From Promethearchaeota archaeon (GTDB taxonomy: Archaea > Asgardarchaeota > Lokiarchaeia > Sigyniarchaeales > SOKP01): a stretch of DNA of 64,000 nucleotides. The notes below the pieces were generated by a model. The model was not told where the DNA came from, did no database searches, and saw only the letters and a program-made list of their open reading frames with translations. Positions 41,755 to 51,372 of this stretch are shown here, piece by piece. The stretch lies in NCBI GenBank assembly GCA_048938855.1, contig JBHLLT010000004.1:32001-96000 (forward strand). Reading direction: 5' to 3'. The number at the start of each line of letters is the position of its first letter. The first letter of the stretch is position 1. A program made the position numbers and the translations under genes.

Positions 41755-42639
41755 TTAAACTTTTTTCCTCAGATCGATTGAAACATCCATAGTATCGATA
41801 ATTCCAATATTTCTCGCCTTTCTTAAAACAAAACTAGTTCGTTTCTGTTTAATTTTATCCAATATTATTAAAGCAGGAATTGAAGGAATTATCATTATGA
41901 ATGGAAATGGGATAAATATTATCAGCAAGATAATAAAAAGTGGAAGGTCACCACTAGTTACAGGGAAAAAGATCGTAATAAATTCCACATAAGATAATAA
42001 AACGGATACACCGGCATATCCTTTTAAGAATTGCTCATACCATCTACCTATAGATCTAATTTCAAGAGGTTTATTTGTTTCACTTAAATTCAATTTATTT
42101 GAATATAATATCCCCGAATCCATTAAAAACCAAGTTGGAGAGAAAAGTAAGTTAGTGAATGTAAATGTAAAGATTAATAAAACGACAAACGAAACCGTAT
42201 AATTATCAGGTAATAAATTTTCTAAGGATACACCAAGATTTCCAGTAATAAAACGAACAATATCTGGATTTAATAAAAGTAATGAGATATTTATTGCCAT
42301 TAATGATGCAAATAAACCTTGTGATGCAAATTTAAATTTATTATAATCTGGTTTCGTATATATTCCATACTGATATCGGTTTCTAAAGATTTTTGTATGT
42401 GCAAATAGGAATAATGGAGTAAACATGTAGCCTCCTATTAATGTACCTATTATTGATGCTAAAGGTATAAACAAAATAGAAATGAATCCAATTTCTAACC
42501 CAGCATCTGTAAAAGGAATGATTGGTGATAGATTTCTGCTAGAACCTAACATTCTTGACATTGCAATAGAGATTCCAACCCAGAATAAGCAATAGACACA
42601 AAAAATAATAATTGATTTTGTGTATTTCGATTTTTTCAT
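41755..42639 (-). CDS. Multi-pass membrane protein
   Basis: About six TM segments; WFLMDSGI and G.WY..FLKGYAG motifs. Confidence 0.75.
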   Translation of the reverse strand: MKKSKYTKSIIIFCVYCLFWVGISIAMSRMLGSSRNLSPIIPFTDAGLEIGFISILFIPLASIIGTLIGGYMFTPLFLFAHTKIFRNRYQYGIYTKPDYNKFKFASQGLFASLMAINISLLLLNPDIVRFITGNLGVSLENLLPDNYTVSFVVLLIFTFTFTNLLFSPTWFLMDSGILYSNKLNLSETNKPLEIRSIGRWYEQFLKGYAGVSVLLSYVEFITIFFPVTSGDLPLFIILLIIFIPFPFIMIIPSIPALIILDKIKQKRTSFVLRKARNIGIIDTMDVSIDLRKKV

Positions 42640-42672
42640 AATAAGCTACCATCTTTCTTCTATTTTTATTTT

Positions 42673-43695
42673 TTAAATAATTTCCGAAATAACTTGTTTA
42701 ATTGTATTAACATCTACAAAAGTTTCAAGTTCTTGTAAACTATTAGGTAATCCTTCTCTTACACCAACTTCTCTGCATTCTAGGAAACTCATTGCAGTTG
42801 CCATTTTTGATGTTTTTTCGAGAGAAAAGTTATTTAATCGAGACATTAAAATGCCTGCTAGAAAGGCGTCACCTGCTCCAGTTGAATCCTCAATTTTACC
42901 AGCAGAATAAACTCCACTATTTATAATCGTTTTACCATCAGAAATAATTGATCCATTGGGACCATCAGTTATAGAAATTAGTTTTATGCCCATATCTAAG
43001 AAATCTTTAATCATAAGTGTTTTCTTCATTTCACCTGTGAACTCTTGTGCTTCCTCTAAATTCATGGATACGACATCTGAATTGGAAATTAAAATTTTTG
43101 CCCAATTTGGTGCATTTTTAATAATTGACATACTTGGAGCAGCAAAAACTATACCTCCCTTACCTTTAGTAATCATAATTGCTTTTTCTATAGCTTTACA
43201 AGCATCATCGTTGGTTAAGGATGTCCAAGCAAAAGCTTTAATATTATCGAAATATTCACTATTTACATCTGAAGGTTTTAAGAGATTATTAGCACCCTTA
43301 TAGGCTAAAATACTCCGATCTTTCCCCCATGGAGTTTTTAATATGACTGATAATGCGGTTGTATCTTTATCTGTCTGAATTACTTGAGATAAATCTACTC
43401 CTCGTTTCTTCATATCTGTTAAACAGATTTCTGCCGAAAAATCGTTTCCCATTACCCCAATGTAAGCAGTTCTTAATCCTAACATAGAACAATTTGCCGC
43501 AATATTAGCACCTGAACCTCCTGGTACAAATTTAATACCTTTAACATTCAATTTGCGAGAATATTCGATTGCGGTATACTTTTTTATGATATCTTTATCA
43601 AATAATTCAAATCGTAAGATATCGTCAATTTCAATCATGATATCTAAGGTATTACTTCCGATTGTAATTAATTCTGGAAGAACCATAATTCTCAC
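42673..43695 (-). CDS. PfkB-family carbohydrate kinase
   Basis: GGSGANIA, G.D, N..EA, DSTGAGDAF. Confidence 0.92.
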   Translation of the reverse strand: MRIMVLPELITIGSNTLDIMIEIDDILRFELFDKDIIKKYTAIEYSRKLNVKGIKFVPGGSGANIAANCSMLGLRTAYIGVMGNDFSAEICLTDMKKRGVDLSQVIQTDKDTTALSVILKTPWGKDRSILAYKGANNLLKPSDVNSEYFDNIKAFAWTSLTNDDACKAIEKAIMITKGKGGIVFAAPSMSIIKNAPNWAKILISNSDVVSMNLEEAQEFTGEMKKTLMIKDFLDMGIKLISITDGPNGSIISDGKTIINSGVYSAGKIEDSTGAGDAFLAGILMSRLNNFSLEKTSKMATAMSFLECREVGVREGLPNSLQELETFVDVNTIKQVISEII

Positions 43696-43825
43696 TTAAT
43701 TTATTCATAAATTGATATATAGAATAAGTTTAAAATAGGCAATAGTCTTTTAATAATTTTTGCTATGAATTCGATTGTTTAAAAGAAAAAGTGCAGATTT
43801 TGATAATAATCCTGACTATTTTTTT

Positions 43826-44380
43826 TTAAAGAGTATCTTTATTACTATCAATTATTTTTCTCATTCTCTCTACCATTCGAAGTGTTAGTTCTTTAAAAGC
43901 TTTTTCAACATTTTCTCCAGTTTTAGCTGAAGTTTCAATATAGATAGACCTATGATTTTCTAAATATTCTTCTAATTCATTTTTATCAATCACTTGGCCA
44001 ATGTCAGATATCAAATCTGATTTATTCCCGATTATAACTTTAGGTATATCCTCAGTTAAAATATTATGCATTTCTGAAATCCATGTTTTCATTCCTGAAA
44101 ATGTTTGTTGTCTGGAAAGATCAAACACAACTAATGCACCAAATGCTCCTTCATAAAAACTACGATGTAAAAATTTAAACCTTTCTTGAGCTCCTATATC
44201 CCATATTTGGAGTCTAGCTATATTTGATGGTTCATATTCTAAAGTCTTGGTTAAGAAGTCTACTCCAATAGTCAGTTTATAACTTAAATCAAATTCATTA
44301 TGCACAAATCTATTTAGGAGACTTGTTTTACCTACGGCTGGTGGTCCAATTAATATTACTTTGAAAGAGTATTCTGGCAT
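43826..44380 (-). CDS. Rab-like small GTPase
   Basis: G1 GPPAVGKT, G2 TIGVDF, G3 WDIGAQE, G4 NKSD, G5 ETSAK. Confidence 0.93.
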   Translation of the reverse strand: MPEYSFKVILIGPPAVGKTSLLNRFVHNEFDLSYKLTIGVDFLTKTLEYEPSNIARLQIWDIGAQERFKFLHRSFYEGAFGALVVFDLSRQQTFSGMKTWISEMHNILTEDIPKVIIGNKSDLISDIGQVIDKNELEEYLENHRSIYIETSAKTGENVEKAFKELTLRMVERMRKIIDSNKDTL

Positions 44381-44528
44381 TTTACTGTTAATCTTTTTAG
44401 AATTAGAATAATAATGATTTATTTAATTTTTAAATTTAATCCAAAAATAAATTCTTTTTTAAATCAATATTATAATTAAAAAGAGAAAATGTCAGAAATA
44501 ATAATTTAGAACGCTTTGAATTGCTGTT

Positions 44529-45161
44529 TTATTCATCTGATTTAAGACGATTTAATTCTTTTTCTAACTCAGCTATTTTTTCATCAGACCCAGCACTAGG
44601 TAATGCCACACCCATTTCTACTTGGATTTCAGCATCGATTTCGCCTAAAACCTCCTTGACATCATTATCGGTAACTGCTGTGTCAACCATTATATCGTCA
44701 ATTCCATCAGATGTAATTTCCTCAGTGACAGCAAAATCTTCCATATCTACTCCAATTGAAGTCATTAATTCTGTGAGTTGAGGAATCGAAAGTTGGCTTT
44801 TTAATGCTCCTAAGCTTGCAGCAATTCCCTTCATAATTTCAGCTACGTCTTTTACAGCGTTAGCTTGTTCTAATTTGAATACCATTCCTTCAAGGTTAGT
44901 TCTGAAGAGATCAATAGCTCTAGATTGTTTTTTTACTTGGAGATAATTTCTCGCATGAAATTCTGAACCTTGCATATCACCTTGCTTTCTTAGATTAACA
45001 GCTTTATCTCGTGCTAGTTTTGCACTCATTTCCATTTTCTTAGTTTGTCTCATGAGACGTTTATTAAATACTTTCAATTTAACAGTAGCAGAGCGTACAT
45101 TGTCTTTCTTCTTGCCACCACTTAACCAACCAGATAGATCTTTTAGAAAACCCATATTCAT
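44529..45161 (-). CDS. vps2: ESCRT-III subunit, Vps2/24/46 class
   Basis: Basic N-terminal helical hairpin, acidic C-terminal half and MIM1-like ELEKELNRLK tail; divergent from vps4. Confidence 0.88.
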   Translation of the reverse strand: MNMGFLKDLSGWLSGGKKKDNVRSATVKLKVFNKRLMRQTKKMEMSAKLARDKAVNLRKQGDMQGSEFHARNYLQVKKQSRAIDLFRTNLEGMVFKLEQANAVKDVAEIMKGIAASLGALKSQLSIPQLTELMTSIGVDMEDFAVTEEITSDGIDDIMVDTAVTDNDVKEVLGEIDAEIQVEMGVALPSAGSDEKIAELEKELNRLKSDE

Positions 45162-45361
45162 CAAAAATTGTAAATTATTATATATAATATATAAAACTTC
45201 GGTCTTATATAATTATTTTTGGAGACCAATAATTATTTAATATCTATTGAGATTATTCTCCTTGTTTAAACAGAAAATTTGATATATACTAATAAAATTA
45301 TTATTATTAATTATTAGACTAGATTAGCTATAAATAATATAATTATTTTAATATAGTTATT

Positions 45362-46576
45362 ATGTCATCAGTAGATTCAAAGCTTTATCAGTACGCTGTA
45401 CAAACCGCGAAAGAGGCAGTTGCTTTAGACAATCAGGGCAAATATAGACAAGCCATTAATAAATATCAACGTGCAGCTGAAATATTAATGCAATTTATGC
45501 AATATAATAAAAATCCTCAAATGAGGAATTTATGTAAAAAGAATATTGAAGAATATGTGGAGCGTGCGAAAATTTTAAAATCCCACTTAGGAGGTCCTCG
45601 AAGCGCTAGATATGCAGCAAAACCTAGTGTTACTCAAGACGAAGGTGGTGCCGACTCTGACTCTGGAGCAGTATCTTCGGAAGAACAAGAACTCATTGAT
45701 TCAATTTCAGGAACTATTGTTACTGAATCTCCTAATGTAAAATGGGATGATATAGCTGGGTTGGATAATGTTAAGCAAGCATTAAGAGAAGCTATAGTGT
45801 TACCCATAGCTAAACCACAACTATTTACAGGTGCGAGAAAACCATGGTCAGGGATTTTATTGTTTGGTCCCCCTGGGTGTGGTAAAACCTTATTAGCTAA
45901 AGCAGCGGCCACTGAATGCAAAGCAACATTTTTCAGTGCATCATCGGCGGATTTGTTAAGCAAATGGTTAGGAGAAAGTGAAAAATTAATAAGCTCCTTA
46001 TTTAAGGTTGCTCGTCTAAAAGCACCAAGTTTAATATTCATGGATGAGATAGATTCAATCGCAACTAAACGTGGAGAGGGATCCGAAAGTGGCGGTGAAA
46101 GAAGAGTTAAAACACAACTTTTGAGTGAAATACAAGGATTAAAATCAACTCATGACAAACCATTACTGGTTTTAGGAGCAACAAATCGTCCTTGGGATAT
46201 TGATAATGCTATGCTAAGTAGATTTGAGAAAAGAGTGCACGTTCCTCTTCCTGATTTGAAAGCAAGAGCAGGTATTTTTAATATTCATACTGAGGGCGTA
46301 AACACTGCATTGACAGACGAAGATTTTATCGAACTAGCAGTTAGAACAGACGGATATTCTGGTAGGGATATTGCAAACATTTGTCGTGAAGTTATAATGT
46401 TACCTGTTCGTGAGTTAGATATGAGTGGTCTTCTTGAAGATTCTGACAAGGAAGTTAATGTGAGAGATATTGAATTAAAAGATTTTAAGAAAACTCTCAA
46501 AAAAGTTAAACCAATGACAAATAAAGTTTTATTAAAACAATATAACGATTGGGCAGAAGAATTCGGAGAAATATAA
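45362..46576 (+). CDS. vps4: Vps4 AAA ATPase with MIT domain
   Basis: MIT helices (AKEAVALDNQG.Y..A...Y), PNVKWDDIAGL, GPPGCGKT, SKWLGESEK, DEID, ATNRPW. Confidence 0.95.
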   Translation: MSSVDSKLYQYAVQTAKEAVALDNQGKYRQAINKYQRAAEILMQFMQYNKNPQMRNLCKKNIEEYVERAKILKSHLGGPRSARYAAKPSVTQDEGGADSDSGAVSSEEQELIDSISGTIVTESPNVKWDDIAGLDNVKQALREAIVLPIAKPQLFTGARKPWSGILLFGPPGCGKTLLAKAAATECKATFFSASSADLLSKWLGESEKLISSLFKVARLKAPSLIFMDEIDSIATKRGEGSESGGERRVKTQLLSEIQGLKSTHDKPLLVLGATNRPWDIDNAMLSRFEKRVHVPLPDLKARAGIFNIHTEGVNTALTDEDFIELAVRTDGYSGRDIANICREVIMLPVRELDMSGLLEDSDKEVNVRDIELKDFKKTLKKVKPMTNKVLLKQYNDWAEEFGEI

Positions 46577-46584
46577 AAATTTCA

Positions 46585-47487
46585 ATGGTTAATATGGAAA
46601 AACAAAGAGAAAAACCTACAGAAATCCCAAAGGAAGTCAAAGAAAAAGCTGAAAAGGAGTTAGAAGAATTAAGGAAAGAGCTTACTAGATTAAGAAAACT
46701 AAAGAAAGAAAAAGAACAATTGGAAGTTGAAGCTACTGAAAAACATATTATTAAAGAAGAAGATATTAAATCTACTGAATTGAATTACATTGAAGAAGAA
46801 TTTGATAAATTGGAAAATATTTTATCTTCTAAATTGGGTGAAATAGATGAAAAGTTATACCGCCAACATGCTGAACAAGTCGAAGCAGAATTACAAACTC
46901 TTGAAGAAGAAATTCTCGGAGAAAAAGGCTTAATACAAAAGAAATTAACTGTTTATGAAAATTTATTGAAGGCTTATCCTTGGCTTGAAGAAGAACGTAA
47001 AAAATTCATGTATTCAATGCCAGATAAAAAGCAAAATAAAACTGATTACATTTCTTGGAAAGTAGAATGGGCTAAAGTTCTATTTGATTATGCTAGATTT
47101 GCTGTTCTTCATATTATTTATATTAGAGAGGTAAGTTCAGAAAAACCATTCTTGAATTTCACTAAAAGAGAGGAGTATGTAAAAGAAATTGCAGAAGAAT
47201 TAATTAGCCAAAATCAAGCTGAATGGCTCTCAAAAGAGAAAGATAAATTGAGAGTATATTGGAAGACTCTTGAAGCTTGGTCAGACGATATATACAATTG
47301 GTGTTATGAGAATGGAAAGATTGAACCTGTAATGATTTATGAACTAAGAGAAGCAACACAAGAGGATTTTAGTTCACTTCCACTTGAGGATTTAGAAGAA
47401 ATTTTTAAAATTATGGCAAAAAATAGAAAAGCAGTTATCCTAAAACTAGAAAACGGTCAAAAGGCATTTAAAATAAAATTCGAATAG
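46585..47487 (+). CDS. vps25: ESCRT-II Vps25-like protein with long N-terminal coiled coil
   Basis: The C-terminal W...L.DY...PF.N...AEWL......VYWKT.E.W...IY.W...G......YEL...F..L matches the Vps25 tandem winged helices. Start at ATG 46585 or 46594. Confidence 0.85.
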   Translation: MVNMEKQREKPTEIPKEVKEKAEKELEELRKELTRLRKLKKEKEQLEVEATEKHIIKEEDIKSTELNYIEEEFDKLENILSSKLGEIDEKLYRQHAEQVEAELQTLEEEILGEKGLIQKKLTVYENLLKAYPWLEEERKKFMYSMPDKKQNKTDYISWKVEWAKVLFDYARFAVLHIIYIREVSSEKPFLNFTKREEYVKEIAEELISQNQAEWLSKEKDKLRVYWKTLEAWSDDIYNWCYENGKIEPVMIYELREATQEDFSSLPLEDLEEIFKIMAKNRKAVILKLENGQKAFKIKFE

Positions 47488-47501
47488 TAATTCATTCTCT
47501 T

Positions 47502-48215
47502 TTATAAAGATGGAAAATACCATTGTTTCCCAGTTAAAATATTTTCCCTATATTTAGCAATACCTGTATTTTCCAAAGATTCTAAAGCTCTTAATGCACG
47601 TTCTTGGCTCCATTCCAAACTAGCACAAACATCCTCTAACGTAAGGACACCTTTTTCTTTCGCTAATTCTACAACTTTAGACTCATCGCCAGTGTATTGA
47701 ATTGGAAAAAATCTTACCATTAATGTCCCTGTATCTAATTGAGTAATATCCTCTATCACTTTTGTCTTTTTCAAAAGCCTTAACGCTTTTTCAACGTCTT
47801 TGACTTCTACATTTCCTTTCAAAATTCCCGTATTTACTAACTCAAATACTTCGGATAATGGAATAATACCACCAGTTTCTTCCTTACTCATCAAAACTCT
47901 TTGATATGCCAACATACCTAATTTTTGATGGTCAATTTTTGAAAATTTTCTCAGTACATCATGTTCAGATATTTGTTCGGTAATAATTTTTGATGAGGGA
48001 ATATTAAATTTCTTTTGTAATTCTTTTACCTCTTCTCGTAATTCTGGAGTTAGTGCTAACAAAACACCATGTTTTTTAGCTAGATCCCGCAGTTTATCTT
48101 TGGTAAATTTATCAACAGAAGCTTTTGATTGCATTTCTTTCATTTTAAGTTCGGTTGCCTTTTTCTTCATCGCTTCCTTTAAATCAATTTCATCCTCTAT
48201 CTTTCTAATGCCTAA
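47502..48215 (-). CDS. vps22: ESCRT-II Vps22/Vps36-like protein (EAP30 family); start probably upstream of the annotated ATG 48170
   Basis: L..LAKKH, ETGGII.LSE, DVEKAL..L and W..ERA..ALE.L...G......WYFPSL match the EAP30 winged helices. The frame stays open to 48230, with an SD at 48223-48229. Confidence 0.85.
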   Translation of the reverse strand, partial: LGIRKIEDEIDLKEAMKKKATELKMKEMQSKASVDKFTKDKLRDLAKKHGVLLALTPELREEVKELQKKFNIPSSKIITEQISEHDVLRKFSKIDHQKLGMLAYQRVLMSKEETGGIIPLSEVFELVNTGILKGNVEVKDVEKALRLLKKTKVIEDITQLDTGTLMVRFFPIQYTGDESKVVELAKEKGVLTLEDVCASLEWSQERALRALESLENTGIAKYRENILTGKQWYFPSL

Positions 48216-48414
48216 GATATTGCACCCCCATTATGATATTCTTGTATAGGTTAATTTTTCCTATTTTTTTAGACTCGTACAAAATTAAATCCTTCTTTCT
48301 TCTATAATCAAAAATTTTAATGAAAATATTATATGTTTTCTATGACACTATTTTTTAATATCTTTATTGATTAATAATAATAAAACTTCTTAATTCTTTT
48401 TATTTTCATCAATA

Positions 48415-48996
48415 ATGAAAGATTTTGAAAAAATTCGCTCCATAAATCAAATTGAAACCGATATAATTAAAGATTCCAATTCAATATTATCTTCTAATTT
48501 TGTTTCCCTTTTGGAAGATTTAAGAAAGAAGTTATACGTTATTTTCAAAGGAAAAAAAGAATATAATACTTTTCCTAAAATTTATCTATTTTCTAAAGAA
48601 TTACAAGAACTCTTAAATAATCTAAAGCTCAAAGACAGAATTAGCTCAGGAGGATTGTACTTTGGTTTTATAAAAAAAGGAAAATTCTATATTAGTATAG
48701 AGGGAGCAGAGTTTTTATTCAAAAATAATTTAATAGCTACAGATTTGCAATTAAATGTAAACTGGAATGGAGAAAAGTCGATTCTATATGGAAATAATAT
48801 TTCAAAAAATATGCTTCTAAAAGAATTTTATAATTTTAAACTAGGGGATATTTTAATCATACTTAATGTGGAGCAAGAGATAATCGCAATTAGTAAAGCA
48901 GTTGTAGAAGGTAATCAAGTTCAAAATCTCAAACCAGAGGATCTTATCGCAATTAACCTTAGTGATAAGGGTATTTATCTAAGAGAAAAACAATAG
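48415..48996 (+). CDS. nip7: Nip7-like PUA-domain ribosome biogenesis protein
   Basis: SGGLYFG.I...F..SIEG, GEKSILYGNNI.K, NL.DKG.YLR. Confidence 0.8.
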   Translation: MKDFEKIRSINQIETDIIKDSNSILSSNFVSLLEDLRKKLYVIFKGKKEYNTFPKIYLFSKELQELLNNLKLKDRISSGGLYFGFIKKGKFYISIEGAEFLFKNNLIATDLQLNVNWNGEKSILYGNNISKNMLLKEFYNFKLGDILIILNVEQEIIAISKAVVEGNQVQNLKPEDLIAINLSDKGIYLREKQ

Positions 48997-49003
48997 AAAA
49001 TAT

Positions 49004-49975
49004 TTATTCTCCTTCTCTTTTAATTAAACACAAAAAAAATCCAATCGTATCATGAATATGGGGATATAATCTTTTTGATCGCTTTAAACCATCTTTTAAT
49101 AGTCTATCATATATTCTAGTAAGTCCTTTAACACCATAAGAAGGATTAATTTCCGAAATTGAGAAGTTTGATTCCTGCTCTAAGATATCATTTATAACTA
49201 ACTCATTTTCTTCGGGTGCAATAGAACATGTACTATAAAGAAGTTCACCTGATGGTTTTAGTGCATGTAACCCTGCTTTAAGTAATTTTTTTTGAATATC
49301 CGCCATTTTATTAATATCCCTTAGACTTTTACTCTTCTTTCTTTGGTGATCTTGTCTGATTAGCCCTTCTCCAGTACATGGGGCATCTAATAAAATTTTA
49401 TCTGCTTTGATTTTTAATTCATGAAGATTAATTGAATCAAAGTTTAATATAAAGGAATTTATTATTCCTAATCTACGTAAATTTACATCCAGAGCAGGAA
49501 TTCGTTTTTTGTATTTATCTATTAGGATTAATTTACCTTTATTATCCATTAATTGAGCTATATGCGTTGCTTTGCTTCCAGGAGCAGCACACATATCGAT
49601 AACTATATCACTAGATTTGGGATTTAAGACAATTGCAGGAAGCATTGAAGCTATATTTTGTAAATAATAATATCCCTGCAGAAATTCATGCGAAGATCCC
49701 AAATTATAAGGTGCTTTTAATACTTTGAAAGCATATGGAACCCAAGCAATTGGTTCTAACTCAAATCCTTTTTTTTCTAGTTTTATTTTTAAAGCTGAGG
49801 GGGATATTTTAAGTGTATTGGTTCGAATTGACGGTGTTAATGGGAGTTCATTTGCTTCTAGATAATTAATTGTCTGTTCTAAACCTAAGAATTGAATATA
49901 TCTTTCAATCATATAGGGGAGGTAACCATATTTTTCAGCAAGTTCTTTAGCATCTTGGTGTAGTTGAGAAATCAA
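49004..49975 (-). CDS. RsmB/Nop2-family RNA m5C methyltransferase
   Basis: DMCAAPGSK, LLDAPCTGEG, YSTCS..PEENE, GFF. Confidence 0.93.
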   Translation of the reverse strand: MISQLHQDAKELAEKYGYLPYMIERYIQFLGLEQTINYLEANELPLTPSIRTNTLKISPSALKIKLEKKGFELEPIAWVPYAFKVLKAPYNLGSSHEFLQGYYYLQNIASMLPAIVLNPKSSDIVIDMCAAPGSKATHIAQLMDNKGKLILIDKYKKRIPALDVNLRRLGIINSFILNFDSINLHELKIKADKILLDAPCTGEGLIRQDHQRKKSKSLRDINKMADIQKKLLKAGLHALKPSGELLYSTCSIAPEENELVINDILEQESNFSISEINPSYGVKGLTRIYDRLLKDGLKRSKRLYPHIHDTIGFFLCLIKREGE

Positions 49976-50054
49976 TCTATCATCTCAATTTCATAGTATT
50001 AATACTAATAAAAAATAATGAATTATAATTCTTATCAGACAGAAAAATAATTTC

Positions 50055-50663
50055 ATGATCGAAGTCGAAATAAAAGTTGAGATTACAAATATAGACCTAA
50101 TTTTAGAAAAATTCAAAGAATACAATGGAACCTATAAGCTTTCGCTACTTCACGAGGATATATATTATAATATGCCTAAAGGCTTAAGGAATTTTAAAGA
50201 AACTGATGAGGCTCTGAGATTAAGGAAATCTGTTGAGTTTCATAAAATTGCTAATAAAACAAAGCGAGTTATTAATCACTTTATTACCTATAAGGGTAAA
50301 AAAATGGATCTTTTTACAAAAACTCGGAAAGAGATTGATATTAAAATAGATGATACGCAAAAAATGAAGTCAATCCTGGAAGAATTGGGATTTCAAAAAA
50401 TCTTAACTGTTAAAAAACAAAGAGAGTTGTATGAATTCCAATTTAAAAAATATTATATTGAAGTTTTATTAGATTATTTACCTATTTTAAACCAGCATTT
50501 CCTAGAAGTTGAATTTTTATTAGATTCTGATGAAAATCTCGAAGAAACAAGAAAAATTCTTTTTGATTTTTTAAGTAAGCTAGGCATTAAGAAAGAAGAA
50601 TCTATAAGAAAATCATATTTAGAGTTGATTACTGAAAAACTTAATAGAGATTTAAAGAGTTAA
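50055..50663 (+). CDS. cyaB: CYTH-domain protein (class IV adenylate cyclase-like)
   Basis: EVEIK, D.YY, ALRLR, TYKG, K.R, FLEVE, SYLEL. Confidence 0.88.
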   Translation: MIEVEIKVEITNIDLILEKFKEYNGTYKLSLLHEDIYYNMPKGLRNFKETDEALRLRKSVEFHKIANKTKRVINHFITYKGKKMDLFTKTRKEIDIKIDDTQKMKSILEELGFQKILTVKKQRELYEFQFKKYYIEVLLDYLPILNQHFLEVEFLLDSDENLEETRKILFDFLSKLGIKKEESIRKSYLELITEKLNRDLKS

Positions 50664-50721
50664 AGAGTATATTCGTAAGAATATACCCAATATGGAAATG
50701 GAAATGGTGTGAACCTGATTT

Positions 50722-50910
50722 TTATTTAATTATTAATTTGTCTAGAAATGCTATTTTCTTGTCGATATCATTTTTTACTTTATGGATGTCATAATTCTCA
50801 TAAATGGTTTTTATAAGCCTTTCTTGAATAGATACTGAATTTTTGGATATTTCTTGAACTAAGTCCAAAAATTCATAATAACTTGTATCTATTCTCATTT
50901 TAGCCTCCAT
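50722..50910 (-). CDS. Small hypothetical protein
   Basis: 62-aa ORF with protein-like composition and an SD-like GATGTGAG upstream. Confidence 0.45.
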   Translation of the reverse strand: MEAKMRIDTSYYEFLDLVQEISKNSVSIQERLIKTIYENYDIHKVKNDIDKKIAFLDKLIIK

Positions 50911-51079
50911 AAGTTCTCACATCTTTCTACTAAATAATGTAAGAATTAGAAATAATAAAAATAAATTGGAGTCCAATTTCTAAAATTAAAATTCTCTATA
51001 AATTCAACAAGTAGAAAATAGAGTTAAATAAAGATGGATATAAGTTTATATCATTTTTTATTTTTTGAGAATATCTTGT

Positions 51080-51358
51080 TTACTTCTTTAAATCTTTATA
51101 TTCTCCGTCTAAGATTTGTGCGATATAACGTCTTCCTTTAATAATCCACATAATTTTATGACCTTCTCTCGCCTTTTTACCCCATTCTGATTTTTTATTA
51201 CGATTTTGTTCAATATACCGATACCCAAAAAGATCTACATATTTTACGCCACTTGAGAATTTTTTAATAGAGTATTCAATCTCATCAATCTCAACACTTT
51301 TTTTCCGATCAAATATCGCGTTATAAATCTTCAATCCATTTTCTTTTAAATCTTCCAT
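51080..51358 (-). CDS. Small conserved-looking hypothetical protein
   Basis: IEQN..KKSEW...AR.GH.I.W motif; SD GAGGTG overlaps the stop of the upstream HD gene. Confidence 0.7.
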   Translation of the reverse strand: MEDLKENGLKIYNAIFDRKKSVEIDEIEYSIKKFSSGVKYVDLFGYRYIEQNRNKKSEWGKKAREGHKIMWIIKGRRYIAQILDGEYKDLKK

Positions 51359-51372
51359 ATTTCAAATTCACC

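Noticed and set aside
48207-48233. A 16-nt intron that would join ATG 48231 to GGC ATT AGA in vps22
   Set aside because: The only BHB-like fold (TAATG/CATTA, GGGG/TCTT) is mostly G.U pairs, and its predicted cuts remove 11 nt, giving an out-of-frame product.
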